Assembly (NCBI GenBank): GCA_038736355.1
Contig: JAVYML010000001.1
Span: 180,908-244,907, forward strand
From: Candidatus Hadarchaeales archaeon
GTDB taxonomy: Archaea > Hadarchaeota > Hadarchaeia > Hadarchaeales > WYZ-LMO6
DNA length: 64,000 bases
Reading direction: 5' to 3'
Shown: piece by piece, positions 47,601 through 55,951 of the stretch
Position numbering within the stretch: the stretch's first letter is position 1
Layout of the letters: each line of letters starts with the position of its first letter
Notes under the pieces: generated by a model
Seen by the model: only the letters and a program-made list of their open reading frames with translations
Told to the model about the DNA's origin: nothing
The model's database searches: none
Translations under genes and position numbers: made by a program

Positions 47601-47680
47601 CCAGGCCATGGATTCCGGTAGCTGTGATCGTCATCATAGTCCTCCCCACTGTTTTCTTTTTCCTCAGGAGAAAGAGGTAA
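44648..47680 (+). CDS. large secreted/membrane-anchored surface protein: signal peptide, about 20 parallel beta-helix (PbH1) repeats rich in N-x-S/T sequons, FN3 domain, two Big-like Ig domains, C-terminal TM anchor + RRKR
   Basis: 1010 aa; N-terminus MFVQARIKNDKLSILFALLLISLLSL...; 22-aa repeats SSDNNTFSTNTVENNxxGIYLxx; FN3 SATITWATDKNSTSVVEYGPT; Ig-like LTVSPSSFTVRVGGRITLTAILLDNAGNPLPGKQIVWSTT; C-terminus PRPGTRPWIPVAVIVIIVLPTVFFFLRRKR. Lower GC than its neighbours; TTG/GTG start. Confidence 0.85.
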   Translation: MFVQARIKNDKLSILFALLLISLLSLSSLFLTLSSVRTVSASPDPHAPIYIEGDGNFKPANGVRSGSGTKTDPYIIENWEIDASNAHGIHIKNTTAYFVIRNVLVENGKTTYHGIFLENVVNGRIENVVSRKNSRGIFLSYSNNIRLSTNTVENNKYGIYLYCSSRNELWNNIVRYNENGNIYLLSSNNNTFFSPNTAGNGRYGIYLHSSDNNTFLGSTVENNRYGIYLYHSSRNELLNNIVRYNENGNIYLISSNNNTFSHNTVRNGGSIYLDFSDNNTFSTNTVENTFIGIHLHSSDNNTFSTNTVENNTYGIYLDNSGNNTLANNTVKNNRGHGIRLDSSDNNILTNNTVENSEEGIYFRSSDNNTLTNNTMKNNWSEGIYLYNSDNNTLTNNTVGNNGSKGIYLNSSDNNTFSTNTVENNARGIYLYYSYRNTLSNNKVENNSTGIYLDSSDNNTLTNNTVGNNGSEGIYLRSSDNNTLTNNRVENNFMGVYLVGSSNITMDNNVMRSNRCNFLVFGDKLSHFIHDIDNTNTVNGKPVLYLTGTENNLVINQDNRVGWLGVVNSNNIQVENLVVETVMLAFTHNTRVENVIVENSLVGIYLFSSSNNFLLNNTVGNNMEEGIHLHSSHNNILSNNIVRNNQLGIGVENGNLLVISHNVIENNLIRDIEFDGKNSVFEANVYTTARGIPHIHSVCVTDITQTSATITWATDKNSTSVVEYGPTAAYGYTATDGVTTNHRVDLSNLSPGTYHFRVLSTDSENNLEISGDFTFTTISLPTSITLEPSSFSLVSGGSREITAILRDNGGNPLSGKTISWSTTAGTITQTSMTDNLGRATATFTAPVVTQMENVTITATFAGDAGYGGSQENALCTVSPVPSTPTTLTVSPSSFTVRVGGRITLTAILLDNAGNPLPGKQIVWSTTSGSIEPMIGLTDNHGRMEVTFFAPSVSGSVEIGVIFQGDSVHARSQAIGVGTVSQPRPGTRPWIPVAVIVIIVLPTVFFFLRRKR
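45060..46150 (+). repeat. in-frame tandem 66-nt coding repeats (beta-helix rungs), several copies near-identical at the DNA level
   Basis: Recurrent ctcctccgacaacaacaccttctcaaccaataccgtggagaacaac and ...ccctcaccaacaacaccgtgg... units. Confidence 0.75.
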
Positions 47681-48186
47681 GGATGAAAATTGAAAGACCT
47701 CAAAAACAGTTTTTAACACTGACTGGATGATGGACTGAAGAGAATTACACGAAAAGGGAAATGATAAAAACACATTCGAGTCTGGCGTGACGATTTTTTA
47801 CGAAATTCATTTTGACAAAATCCGAAGAGGCTGAAGCTTTTATAAGGGCGATACCCCTCGATACAGAAGCGGAGCTTGAAAGGAGGTCTATTTTGAGGTA
47901 CCGTTTCGGGTAGCTTTTGAAAATTTAGACGAAAGGGTGAATTGGGTGATGTTGCTAGGCTGTATACTAAAATCCAAGGGAGGGACCGTGGGCTCAAAAG
48001 GGGGAAGTGGGACTCAACCTGAGGATCTGTGCTGAGATTGATGGCAGGGCAGGATACGGGAGCGAGTTAGCCGTTCTACCTCTCAAAATACGTCCTTTTT
48101 TCCTGAGAATCGAGGCGGAAAGTCTGAGCTCGAAGGAAACGAATAAAAAAAGCTGATTCAAAATAGGAAGGGTACAGAGGGAAAAG

Positions 48187-50502
48187 ATGGGTCTGTACAT
48201 CCAAAGGCTGGAGGAACTGGGAAAGGAAGACTTGCCCAAAGTAGGGGGAAAGGCCGCCAACCTGGGGGAAATGTATAACGCGGGACTACCCGTTCCCTAC
48301 GCCTTCGTGATAAACACCAGGGCCTACCAGGAGTTCGTGGAGAAAAACGGCCTCTGGAAGAAGATCAGGGAAATCCTCACGAATACGGACGTGGACAATC
48401 CCTCGGAACTGGAGAAGAACACCGAAAGGCTCCGTTCCATGATAGAGAGTTCGCCCATTCCTCCCGAGATAAAGGAGGAAATCCTTGAGGAGTACAGAGA
48501 ACTCTCGAAGAGGTTCGGGAAGGAAGAAGAATACGTGGCGGTGAGGAGCTCCGCCACGGCTGAGGATGTCCCAGATGCCTCCTTTGCCGGGCAGCAACTT
48601 ACCCTCCTCAACATCAAAGGGGAAGAGGAACTGCTGGAAGCCGTGAAGAAGTGTTGGGCTTCCCTCTTCACCTCCCGAGCAACCTTCTATAGGGCCAAGA
48701 AGGGTTTCGAACACGAAAAGGTGCTCATCGCCCTCGTGGTGCAAAAACAGCTGGGGATGCTGCGGGAAGAGGAATACCTACAGGGAAAGTACAAGGCCGG
48801 AGTGGGTTTCACCCTCCACCCCTCGACTGGGGATAGGAACAAAATCGTGGTGGAGGCCTCTTGGGGTCAGGGAGAAGCCGTGGTTTCAGGATTGGTGACA
48901 CCCGATACCTACGTTTTGGATAAAAAAACGGGGAAGGTGGTGGAGAAGCACATCTCCTTCAAATCCAGAATGGCCGTGGTCTCCCCCGATGGTGGCCTGA
49001 GGAAGAGGGAGGTACCGGAGGGGATGGCCGAAGGGGAATGTCTGACTGAGGAGGAACTCAAGCAACTCTGGGAACTCGCCCTAAAGTTGGAGAACCACTA
49101 TCGCACCCCCCAGGACTTCGAATGGGCGAGTGAGAACGGCAGGGTTTTCCTGCTCCAAACCAGGCCCGTGACCGTCTTCTACGAGGAGAGGGCGATGGAG
49201 GTGGAAGTAAAGCATCCTCCCCTCCTGAAGGGCCTTCCCGCTTCACCCGGGGCGGCCATAGGAACCGTGAGGATCGTGAGGAGTCCGAGGGAGGCCTCCG
49301 AGAAACTCAAGAGGGGAGAAATCTTGGTCACGGAAATGACTTCTCCGGACTGGGTACCTTACATGAAGATAGCCTCCGGCATCATCACCTCCGAGGGAGG
49401 GATTACCTCCCATGCCGCCATCGTCTCGAGGGAACTGGGGATCCCATGCATCGTGGGGGCAAAGGATGCCCTGAAGGTCCTCTCCGATGGAATGGTGATC
49501 ACGCTCGATTCCAGGAAGGGGCTAGTCTATGCGGGTGAAATCCCCGAACTGATCGCGAGGGAAAAGGCCCTAGAAGTATCACCGGAGGAAGTGAGGGGAC
49601 TCAAGACCAAGACCAAGATCCTGATGAACTTGGGCGAACCGGACGAGATAGGGAGGTACAAGGACCTCCCCTTCGAAGGCATAGGACTGATGAGGGTAGA
49701 GTTCATCATAGCCAGCTGGGTGGGAAAACATCCCAATTATCTGTTGGAAGAGGGTAAGGGGGAGGTCTACACCGAAAAGCTGGCCGAGGGAATAGCGAGG
49801 GTGGCGGAGGCCATCTATCCCAGGTTCGTGGTGGTCAGGTTCTCCGATTTCAAAACCAACGAATACAGGGAACTGGAGGGTGGGGAGAAGTACGAACCCA
49901 TGGAGGCCAACCCCATGCTCGGCTGGAGGGGGGTTTCCCGCTACATCAGTCCCCAGTTCGAACAGTCCTTCAGGCTGGAGTGCAGGGCCATCAAGAAAGT
50001 GAGGGAAAGGGGACTGGACAACGTTTGGGTAATGCTTCCCTTCGTGCGCACCGTTTGGGAAGTGGAGAGGTGTTTGCAAATCATGAGGGAGGAAGGACTG
50101 GAAAGGGGGGAGAACTTCAAGGTCTGGTTGATGGCGGAGGTTCCAAGCATCGTCTTCCTGGCGGAGGAATTCTCCAAGTTGTGTGATGGCTTCAGCATAG
50201 GGAGCAACGATCTAACCCAGCTGGTCTTGGGTGTGGATAGGGACTCCGGGATCTTGGCCAACATGGGATATTTCGACGAGAGGAACGAGGCCGTGAAGAG
50301 GGCGATCGAGGAACTGATAAGGAAGGCCCATGCAAATGGGGTGACGGTCTCCATCTGTGGTCAGGCCCCCAGTGTTTATCCGGAGTTCACGGAATTCCTG
50401 GTGAGGTGTGGAATAGACAGCATTTCCGTCAACCCAGATACCGTGGCCAAAACCAAGCTCCTGGTATATCAGGTGGAAGAGAAGTTGAAGTCCGAAAAAT
50501 GA
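48187..50502 (+). CDS. ppsA: phosphoenolpyruvate synthase (pyruvate, water dikinase)
   Basis: 771 aa; N-terminal ATP-grasp KVGGKAANLGEM; phospho-His domain ITSEGGITSHAAIVSRELGIPCIVG; C-terminal PEP-utilising TIM barrel. Confidence 0.9.
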   Translation: MGLYIQRLEELGKEDLPKVGGKAANLGEMYNAGLPVPYAFVINTRAYQEFVEKNGLWKKIREILTNTDVDNPSELEKNTERLRSMIESSPIPPEIKEEILEEYRELSKRFGKEEEYVAVRSSATAEDVPDASFAGQQLTLLNIKGEEELLEAVKKCWASLFTSRATFYRAKKGFEHEKVLIALVVQKQLGMLREEEYLQGKYKAGVGFTLHPSTGDRNKIVVEASWGQGEAVVSGLVTPDTYVLDKKTGKVVEKHISFKSRMAVVSPDGGLRKREVPEGMAEGECLTEEELKQLWELALKLENHYRTPQDFEWASENGRVFLLQTRPVTVFYEERAMEVEVKHPPLLKGLPASPGAAIGTVRIVRSPREASEKLKRGEILVTEMTSPDWVPYMKIASGIITSEGGITSHAAIVSRELGIPCIVGAKDALKVLSDGMVITLDSRKGLVYAGEIPELIAREKALEVSPEEVRGLKTKTKILMNLGEPDEIGRYKDLPFEGIGLMRVEFIIASWVGKHPNYLLEEGKGEVYTEKLAEGIARVAEAIYPRFVVVRFSDFKTNEYRELEGGEKYEPMEANPMLGWRGVSRYISPQFEQSFRLECRAIKKVRERGLDNVWVMLPFVRTVWEVERCLQIMREEGLERGENFKVWLMAEVPSIVFLAEEFSKLCDGFSIGSNDLTQLVLGVDRDSGILANMGYFDERNEAVKRAIEELIRKAHANGVTVSICGQAPSVYPEFTEFLVRCGIDSISVNPDTVAKTKLLVYQVEEKLKSEK

Positions 50503-51362
50503 GCCCGGAATACCTCAGCGTAAAACCAGGCTTCGGGGGCTTAGAGGGGACCTATGAGGAGGCTAAGGTCGTCTTCCTCGGTATTCCCCTCGATTCCACC
50601 TCTTCCTATAGGAGCGGAGCCCGTTTTGGACCTTCGAGGATAAGGGAGGCCTCCCTCAACCTGGAGACCCATTTGATGTCCTTGGGGGTGGAGCTGGCCG
50701 AAAAGGGGGGGATAGCCGATCTGGGGGACCTCCTCCTCTCCTCCGAACTCCAAGAGGACGGGAAAAGGATAAAGGAAGCCGTGGAAGAGCTGGTGGAGGA
50801 GGGAAAAATACCCGCCCTCCTAGGAGGGGAACATACCCTCACCCTCTTTTCCCTGCAGGCCTTTGGGGACGTGTACGTCCTGCAGCTGGACGCCCACCGC
50901 GACCTCAGGGAAGAGTACCTGGGCAGCAGGATCAACCATGCCACGGTGATGAGGAGGGTACTGGATCATCTTAGTCCCAAGAAGTTGATCCAGCTGGGAG
51001 TGAGGTCCTCCTCCTCGGAGGAGGCGGAATTCGGGAAAAGGGAAGGAATAAGGTATTACACTTCCGAAAGGCTCATGGAGGGGGGCAGGGAGGTCCTGGA
51101 GGAGGTGAGGAAAGAGGTTGGATCTTCCCCCGTTTATCTAACCCTCGATATGGATGTTCTCGATCCTGCCTTCGCCCCCGCCGTCTCCACACCCGAACCG
51201 GGAGGCTTGACCACCATCGACCTCCTGAGGATCCTCAGGGGGCTGAAGGGATTGGACATAAGGGGTTTCGACGTGGTGGAGGTAGTCCCACCCTTCGACT
51301 CCGGTCAGACGGCCTTTGCGGCCGCCAGGGCCATCTACGAGCTGCTCGGAATCCTCCTCTAG
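50499..51362 (+). CDS. speB: agmatinase / arginase-family ureohydrolase
   Basis: ATG at 50499 overlaps the ppsA stop (ATGA); Mn-binding motifs [25 protein letters not shown]. The track start at 50406 is an N-extension. Confidence 0.85.
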   Translation: MSPEYLSVKPGFGGLEGTYEEAKVVFLGIPLDSTSSYRSGARFGPSRIREASLNLETHLMSLGVELAEKGGIADLGDLLLSSELQEDGKRIKEAVEELVEEGKIPALLGGEHTLTLFSLQAFGDVYVLQLDAHRDLREEYLGSRINHATVMRRVLDHLSPKKLIQLGVRSSSSEEAEFGKREGIRYYTSERLMEGGREVLEEVRKEVGSSPVYLTLDMDVLDPAFAPAVSTPEPGGLTTIDLLRILRGLKGLDIRGFDVVEVVPPFDSGQTAFAAARAIYELLGILL

Positions 51363-51865
51363 CCCGTCTTCTCAACCACCATTCTCCACCTGAGGGGGAG
51401 CTTGCTCTTGGCCCTCTCGAGGGCCTCCTTGGCCAGGGGAAGGAACTGTTCCGGGACCCTAACCGTCATCAACTTCTGCTCCGGTTTGACCCTAGCTGCC
51501 GTACCTATCGGCCTTCCGAAGGCCAGGCGCATGCCCTCGGAGACCCTGTCCGCCCCCGCCCCCAAAGCCATCGGATGATCCCTCAGGATCTGGTGGGGGT
51601 AGAGGCGGATCTTGAAATGATAGTTGTTCCTTCCCACCTTCGTTTCCAGTAGACGGTTGGCGGCCATCCTGGCCGCCTCCAAGGCATTGTGCCTGATTTG
51701 CCCCTGTTCCTGGGCCACCAACGAGACCTCCACGGGGAAGTTACCGTTCGGATTCCCCATGTCGAAGAAGGTGATACGTGAGCCCGGTACGCCGTCCACG
51801 AACTCTCTCCTCGTGTAGGCCGGACCGCTAAAGTACCTGTAGCACTTTCCAGGCTTGAGGGGCAT
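51359..51865 (-). CDS. rpl10e: 50S ribosomal protein L10e (uL16)
   Basis: 168 aa; [22 protein letters not shown].... Confidence 0.9.
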   Translation of the reverse strand: MPLKPGKCYRYFSGPAYTRREFVDGVPGSRITFFDMGNPNGNFPVEVSLVAQEQGQIRHNALEAARMAANRLLETKVGRNNYHFKIRLYPHQILRDHPMALGAGADRVSEGMRLAFGRPIGTAARVKPEQKLMTVRVPEQFLPLAKEALERAKSKLPLRWRMVVEKTG

Positions 51866-51900
51866 GTTCTCTCCTCACTTTTCTCCGAATCGCTTAAAGC

Positions 51901-52014
51901 TTATCCCCCGATCTTCCTCTGCCTGAGTCTCCTGAGCTTCCTCCTCATGCGCTTCCTTACCCATTTCCAGCGCATTCTTCCCTTTTTCTTCCACTTCCTG
52001 GGTCTTTTCCCCAT
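51901..52014 (-). CDS. rpl41e: 50S ribosomal protein L41e (unlisted small ORF)
   Basis: Minus-strand ATG at 52014: [37 protein letters not shown] (37 aa). Close match to the archaeal L41e pattern [24 protein letters not shown].... Confidence 0.7.
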   Translation of the reverse strand: MGKRPRKWKKKGRMRWKWVRKRMRRKLRRLRQRKIGG

Positions 52015-52044
52015 GGAGATCCTCCCCTTTTTCTCCTTCAGAAA

Positions 52045-53160
52045 TTAAAAAGTAGGATAAATCTCATGCAGGAGTCTCTCCACCTTGGACCTTACCTCCT
52101 TCCTCCTTTCCTCCAGCTCCCTCAAAAAGTCCTTGGCCCTCTCCACCATTCCCTCCTTGCATTCTCCACAGATGATTTCCCCCTTCTCGCACCTTTCCTT
52201 CAACTCCAAGAGCTCCTTGTCCTCAGGCATGAAGTGGTACATACAGAGCTCGTATACCAGACACTTGGAAGGTTCCCCCCCCTTCTCCCTCTGCTCCCTG
52301 GCGGTCGGTCTTCCCCCCGTAAGGGCATCCCAAATCTTTCTCTCCCAAACCTCTGGGGGATCGGTGAGGAAAAGGGCCGAGTCCGGCCTACTGCTGGACA
52401 TCTTTCCCCCGAAGAGATCCCTCATCAACCTATGATAGGTGGAGGAAGGGGGAAGGAAACCATATTCTTCGGAAAATTTGGCCGCCACATCCCTCGCCAA
52501 TCTCAGATGCGGATCCTGATCCACACCCACGGGAACCACCGTGGGTCTGGGACCCCCAAACTTCTCCAGCTGGGGATGGAGGATGTCCGCCACATCTATC
52601 ATGGGATAGTAGAGATGGGAGAGATGTGTCTCTCCAGAAAAGCCGTAGATGGCCCTCACTTCGCTGAAGTTCACCTTCCTGGCCAGGCTGTAGGCCAAAC
52701 CCTGCACTTCCTGGCTCCTGGACTGGAAGTACACCCTGCACCTCTCCAATTCTAGGCCCAAAGCCTCGCAGTTCAACAAATATTCCTCAAACGCTATCTC
52801 CCTACCCTTCTCGTACGGGATGCCCCTAGCGGAGAAGGCCTCCATATCCGCTATGCAAAGGAAGATCTCCCCTCCCTTCCTTTGATACCAGACGAGCTGA
52901 TCCACCACCATCTTGTGCCCCAGATGCATCTTTCCACTCGGCATGAGCCCCGTCATGACCGCATACCTTCCGTTTCCAATCATCCTCTCGAGGACCCTTT
53001 CGAAGTCCCGATGTCCGAAGATTACTCCCCTCCTCATCAGGTGGAGGGGATCGGGGATTCTAGGGAGGAGTTCCTCCAAGGGTCTTATCCCGAATTCCTG
53101 CATGAGTCTGGAGTAGTCTTCGGGTAATCCCGTTCCCCAAGGATCCAGTTTCTCTGGCAT
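52045..53160 (-). CDS. trpS: tryptophanyl-tRNA synthetase (archaeal type)
   Basis: 371 aa; HIGH-type SGKMHLGH; KMSSS variant of KMSKS (typical of archaeal TrpRS). Confidence 0.85.
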   Translation of the reverse strand: MPEKLDPWGTGLPEDYSRLMQEFGIRPLEELLPRIPDPLHLMRRGVIFGHRDFERVLERMIGNGRYAVMTGLMPSGKMHLGHKMVVDQLVWYQRKGGEIFLCIADMEAFSARGIPYEKGREIAFEEYLLNCEALGLELERCRVYFQSRSQEVQGLAYSLARKVNFSEVRAIYGFSGETHLSHLYYPMIDVADILHPQLEKFGGPRPTVVPVGVDQDPHLRLARDVAAKFSEEYGFLPPSSTYHRLMRDLFGGKMSSSRPDSALFLTDPPEVWERKIWDALTGGRPTAREQREKGGEPSKCLVYELCMYHFMPEDKELLELKERCEKGEIICGECKEGMVERAKDFLRELEERRKEVRSKVERLLHEIYPTF

Positions 53161-53693
53161 TACGGTTTTTCCCTCCTGAGGGAGTAATAGGTCACATCCC
53201 CCTCATCGTCCACCACTGCAAAGAGCATGGTCTTCCTAACGGAGTGGGCCAGCCTCACCGCCCTCGCCAGCTCCGGGGGGGAGAGTCTTATTCCTTCCTT
53301 AATGGCATGCACCAAATACTTCGAATGGGCTTCCCCAGGTCTCTCCCCCCTATCGTAAACCCTGAAGTGGGCCCCAAACTTGAGCCCCGTTTTTACCACG
53401 TATCCCCTCGAGCGCAGGTCGGAATAAACGGCATACTTCAGCACCAGTTCCGGATCCAGTTTCGAGAACCTCTTACAAAGCTCCTCCCAGCCCAGCGGTT
53501 TCCCCGACTTTCCATCCACCGCTTCCGCCTTTCCATTCTCCACCAGATAGAGGACTTCCAGAGGGGAGAGCTGTAACTTGCCTCCGCTCAGGGGCTTTCC
53601 AAAGGCCCCCTTTTGGTAAAGCTGGTTGGCCTGGGCTTCCTCGAACACCATCCCCCTATCCCTGTATATTTTTACCTTCACCGGGGGCTCCAT
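53160..53693 (-). CDS. endA: tRNA-splicing endonuclease catalytic subunit
   Basis: 177 aa; YSDLRSRGYVVKTGLKFGAHFRVY...HSKYLVH catalytic motif region. Confidence 0.9.
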   Translation of the reverse strand: MEPPVKVKIYRDRGMVFEEAQANQLYQKGAFGKPLSGGKLQLSPLEVLYLVENGKAEAVDGKSGKPLGWEELCKRFSKLDPELVLKYAVYSDLRSRGYVVKTGLKFGAHFRVYDRGERPGEAHSKYLVHAIKEGIRLSPPELARAVRLAHSVRKTMLFAVVDDEGDVTYYSLRREKP

Positions 53694-53734
53694 CCCATCC
53701 CACCTGGAGCCTCATCTAAAAAAAAGGAGGATGC

Positions 53735-55927
53735 TCAATCCATGAATTCCTCCGGTTTAGGCACCTCCAGCTTCAGACCCTTCCTCTTCCTAGTATTGGC
53801 TATAACCTGGGCCTGGAGTTCTGGGGATAACCTTTCAAAGCGCTCGAATTCCGTAGCCCAAATCGCCCTTCCCTCCGTCTCCGAACGCATCTCGGCCGCC
53901 AGACCAAAGGAATTGGCCACGGGAAGGAGGGCCCTTATGACGGTTACCGCTTCCCCTTCCGGCTCCATGGCGATGATCCTCCCCCTCCTCCCCTGGATCA
54001 CCTTGATCGCCCCTCCCATGAACTCCGTTGGAACGCGCACCTCCAGCCTGAAGAGGGGTTCAAGGATCACGGGATTCGCCATGAGGATGCAGGCTTGGAT
54101 GGGTCGCCTCACCGCGGGTATGATCTGGGCTGGACCCCTATGTACGGAGTCCTCGTGGAGCATGGCATCGTTCACTATCACCTTGACCCCTCTCAGGGGT
54201 TCCCTCATGACTGGACCCTCGTTACAAACCTGCGTGAAGGCCTCCCTGATGTAGTCCTCCACCTCCCCCATGTACTGGACCCCTTTCGTCATGTCCACGA
54301 GGATGTTCCCCCCAACGACCGCCATTACCCCCTTGGCCGCATCGGCGCTCCATCCCAGCTTCCTGAGGATGGAAGCCCTCTCCTTCGGATCCTGCTTGTC
54401 CGTGACCTTCTTCTCGTCTATGGCCTTCAGTACCTCCGGCTCCAAGGGTTCCACACTGATTTGGAACCTGTTGTGCTTGTTGGGCGACTTCCCCTCCACC
54501 GGTCCTGCCTTCCCCGTGATGGTTTCCCTGTAAACTACCAGGGGCTCTGAGGTCTTGACCTCCAAGCCTGCCTCCTTCAACTTGTACTGGACGATTTCCA
54601 AGTGTACCTCCCCCATTCCCGAGATGAGGTATTCACCCGTCTCCTCGTTGATCTTGACCCTCACGTTGGGATCTTCCCTAGCTATCTTGTTGAGTTGGTT
54701 GACCAGCTTGGGAAGATCCTGGAAGTTCTTGGGTTCAATGGCCAAGGTAACCACGGGCTCGCTTATGTATCTAAGTTCCTCAAAACCCGCTGCCCCCTCC
54801 GCCCCCGTCTCCACGAGGGTCTCACCCACTACTGCCTCCTTCATCCCTATCACGGCCGCTATGTTTCCAGCCGGCACCTTTTCCACAATTTCCCTCTTCG
54901 GACCGATGTAGATCCCCACCTGTTGGATGCGCGCCTCCTGCTTAGCACCCACCAGCCTCACGGTCTTACCCTTCTCCACCGTCCCGGAAAAGACCCTTCC
55001 CGTGGAGATCACGCCTGCCTGTTCATCCACGATGATGTCGGTGATGACCATGCAGATCTTTCCATTGGGATCGCAAGAGAGCATGGCCCTTCCCAACTCG
55101 CTGTTCAAATCCCCTTTCCAAAGGATGGGGATGCGGAGCTTCTGAGCCTCGATGGGATTGGGAAGGTGCCTCACCACCATGTCCAAAACCACCTCATAAA
55201 CGGGTGTGCGCTTGGCAAGCTCCTCCCTCTTGCCCTCCTTCGAGGCCTCCAACACATCCTTGAAGGTGATGTTCTTCTTCTTCATCTGGGGAACGGAGAG
55301 AGCCCATTTCTCCTTTGCCGAACCAAAGGCCACCGACCCCTCCTCCACCCTCACCTGCCATTTTTCGGCAAGCTCCTTTGGGGCATACTTCCTTATGAGC
55401 TCGTTGAACTGGGCGATGAGTTTTGCCAGTCTAGCCTGGATGGCCTCTGGAGGTAGTTTGAGCTCGTCTATCAGCCTGTCCACTTTGTTTATGAAGAGAA
55501 CGGGTTTGGTGTACTCCTGCAGGGCCTGCCTGACCACCGTCTCCGTCTGGGGCATGATTCCCTCCACCGCGTCCATTACCACGATCACACCATCGATGGC
55601 CCTGAGGGCCCTGGTAACGTCGCCCGTGAAGTCCACATGACCGGGGGTATCCAAGAGGTTGATCAGGTATTCCCCATCCTCCAGCTCATGTACCAAGCTC
55701 ACGGCAGAGGTTTGTACGGTGATACCCCTCTGCTGCTCTATTTCCAAGAAATCGGTGAAGAGCTGCTCCCCTGCCAGTTCGAAGCTTATGATACCCGAAG
55801 CCGCCACCAGGGAATCGGTAAGGGTGGTTTTTCCGTGATCGACATGAGCCACTATCCCAATGTTCCTCACCCTGGTGGTTTCCCACATGAGCTTTTCCAC
55901 TTCTGAGACGTGCTTGTACCTGTGCAT
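53735..55927 (-). CDS. fusA: translation elongation factor 2 (aEF-2)
   Basis: 730 aa; G1 AHVDHGKTTL; domains II-V; diphthamide-loop region. Confidence 0.95.
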   Translation of the reverse strand: MHRYKHVSEVEKLMWETTRVRNIGIVAHVDHGKTTLTDSLVAASGIISFELAGEQLFTDFLEIEQQRGITVQTSAVSLVHELEDGEYLINLLDTPGHVDFTGDVTRALRAIDGVIVVMDAVEGIMPQTETVVRQALQEYTKPVLFINKVDRLIDELKLPPEAIQARLAKLIAQFNELIRKYAPKELAEKWQVRVEEGSVAFGSAKEKWALSVPQMKKKNITFKDVLEASKEGKREELAKRTPVYEVVLDMVVRHLPNPIEAQKLRIPILWKGDLNSELGRAMLSCDPNGKICMVITDIIVDEQAGVISTGRVFSGTVEKGKTVRLVGAKQEARIQQVGIYIGPKREIVEKVPAGNIAAVIGMKEAVVGETLVETGAEGAAGFEELRYISEPVVTLAIEPKNFQDLPKLVNQLNKIAREDPNVRVKINEETGEYLISGMGEVHLEIVQYKLKEAGLEVKTSEPLVVYRETITGKAGPVEGKSPNKHNRFQISVEPLEPEVLKAIDEKKVTDKQDPKERASILRKLGWSADAAKGVMAVVGGNILVDMTKGVQYMGEVEDYIREAFTQVCNEGPVMREPLRGVKVIVNDAMLHEDSVHRGPAQIIPAVRRPIQACILMANPVILEPLFRLEVRVPTEFMGGAIKVIQGRRGRIIAMEPEGEAVTVIRALLPVANSFGLAAEMRSETEGRAIWATEFERFERLSPELQAQVIANTRKRKGLKLEVPKPEEFMD

Positions 55928-55951
55928 GTTTCCACCTTTGCAACCTTACCC

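Noticed and set aside
47681-48186. C/D-box sRNA candidate (GTGACGA ... CTGA around 47788-47845)
   Set aside because: C box deviates (GTGACGA vs RUGAUGA), no convincing C'/D' pair or terminal stem; left as unexplained non-coding region pending covariance-model scan.
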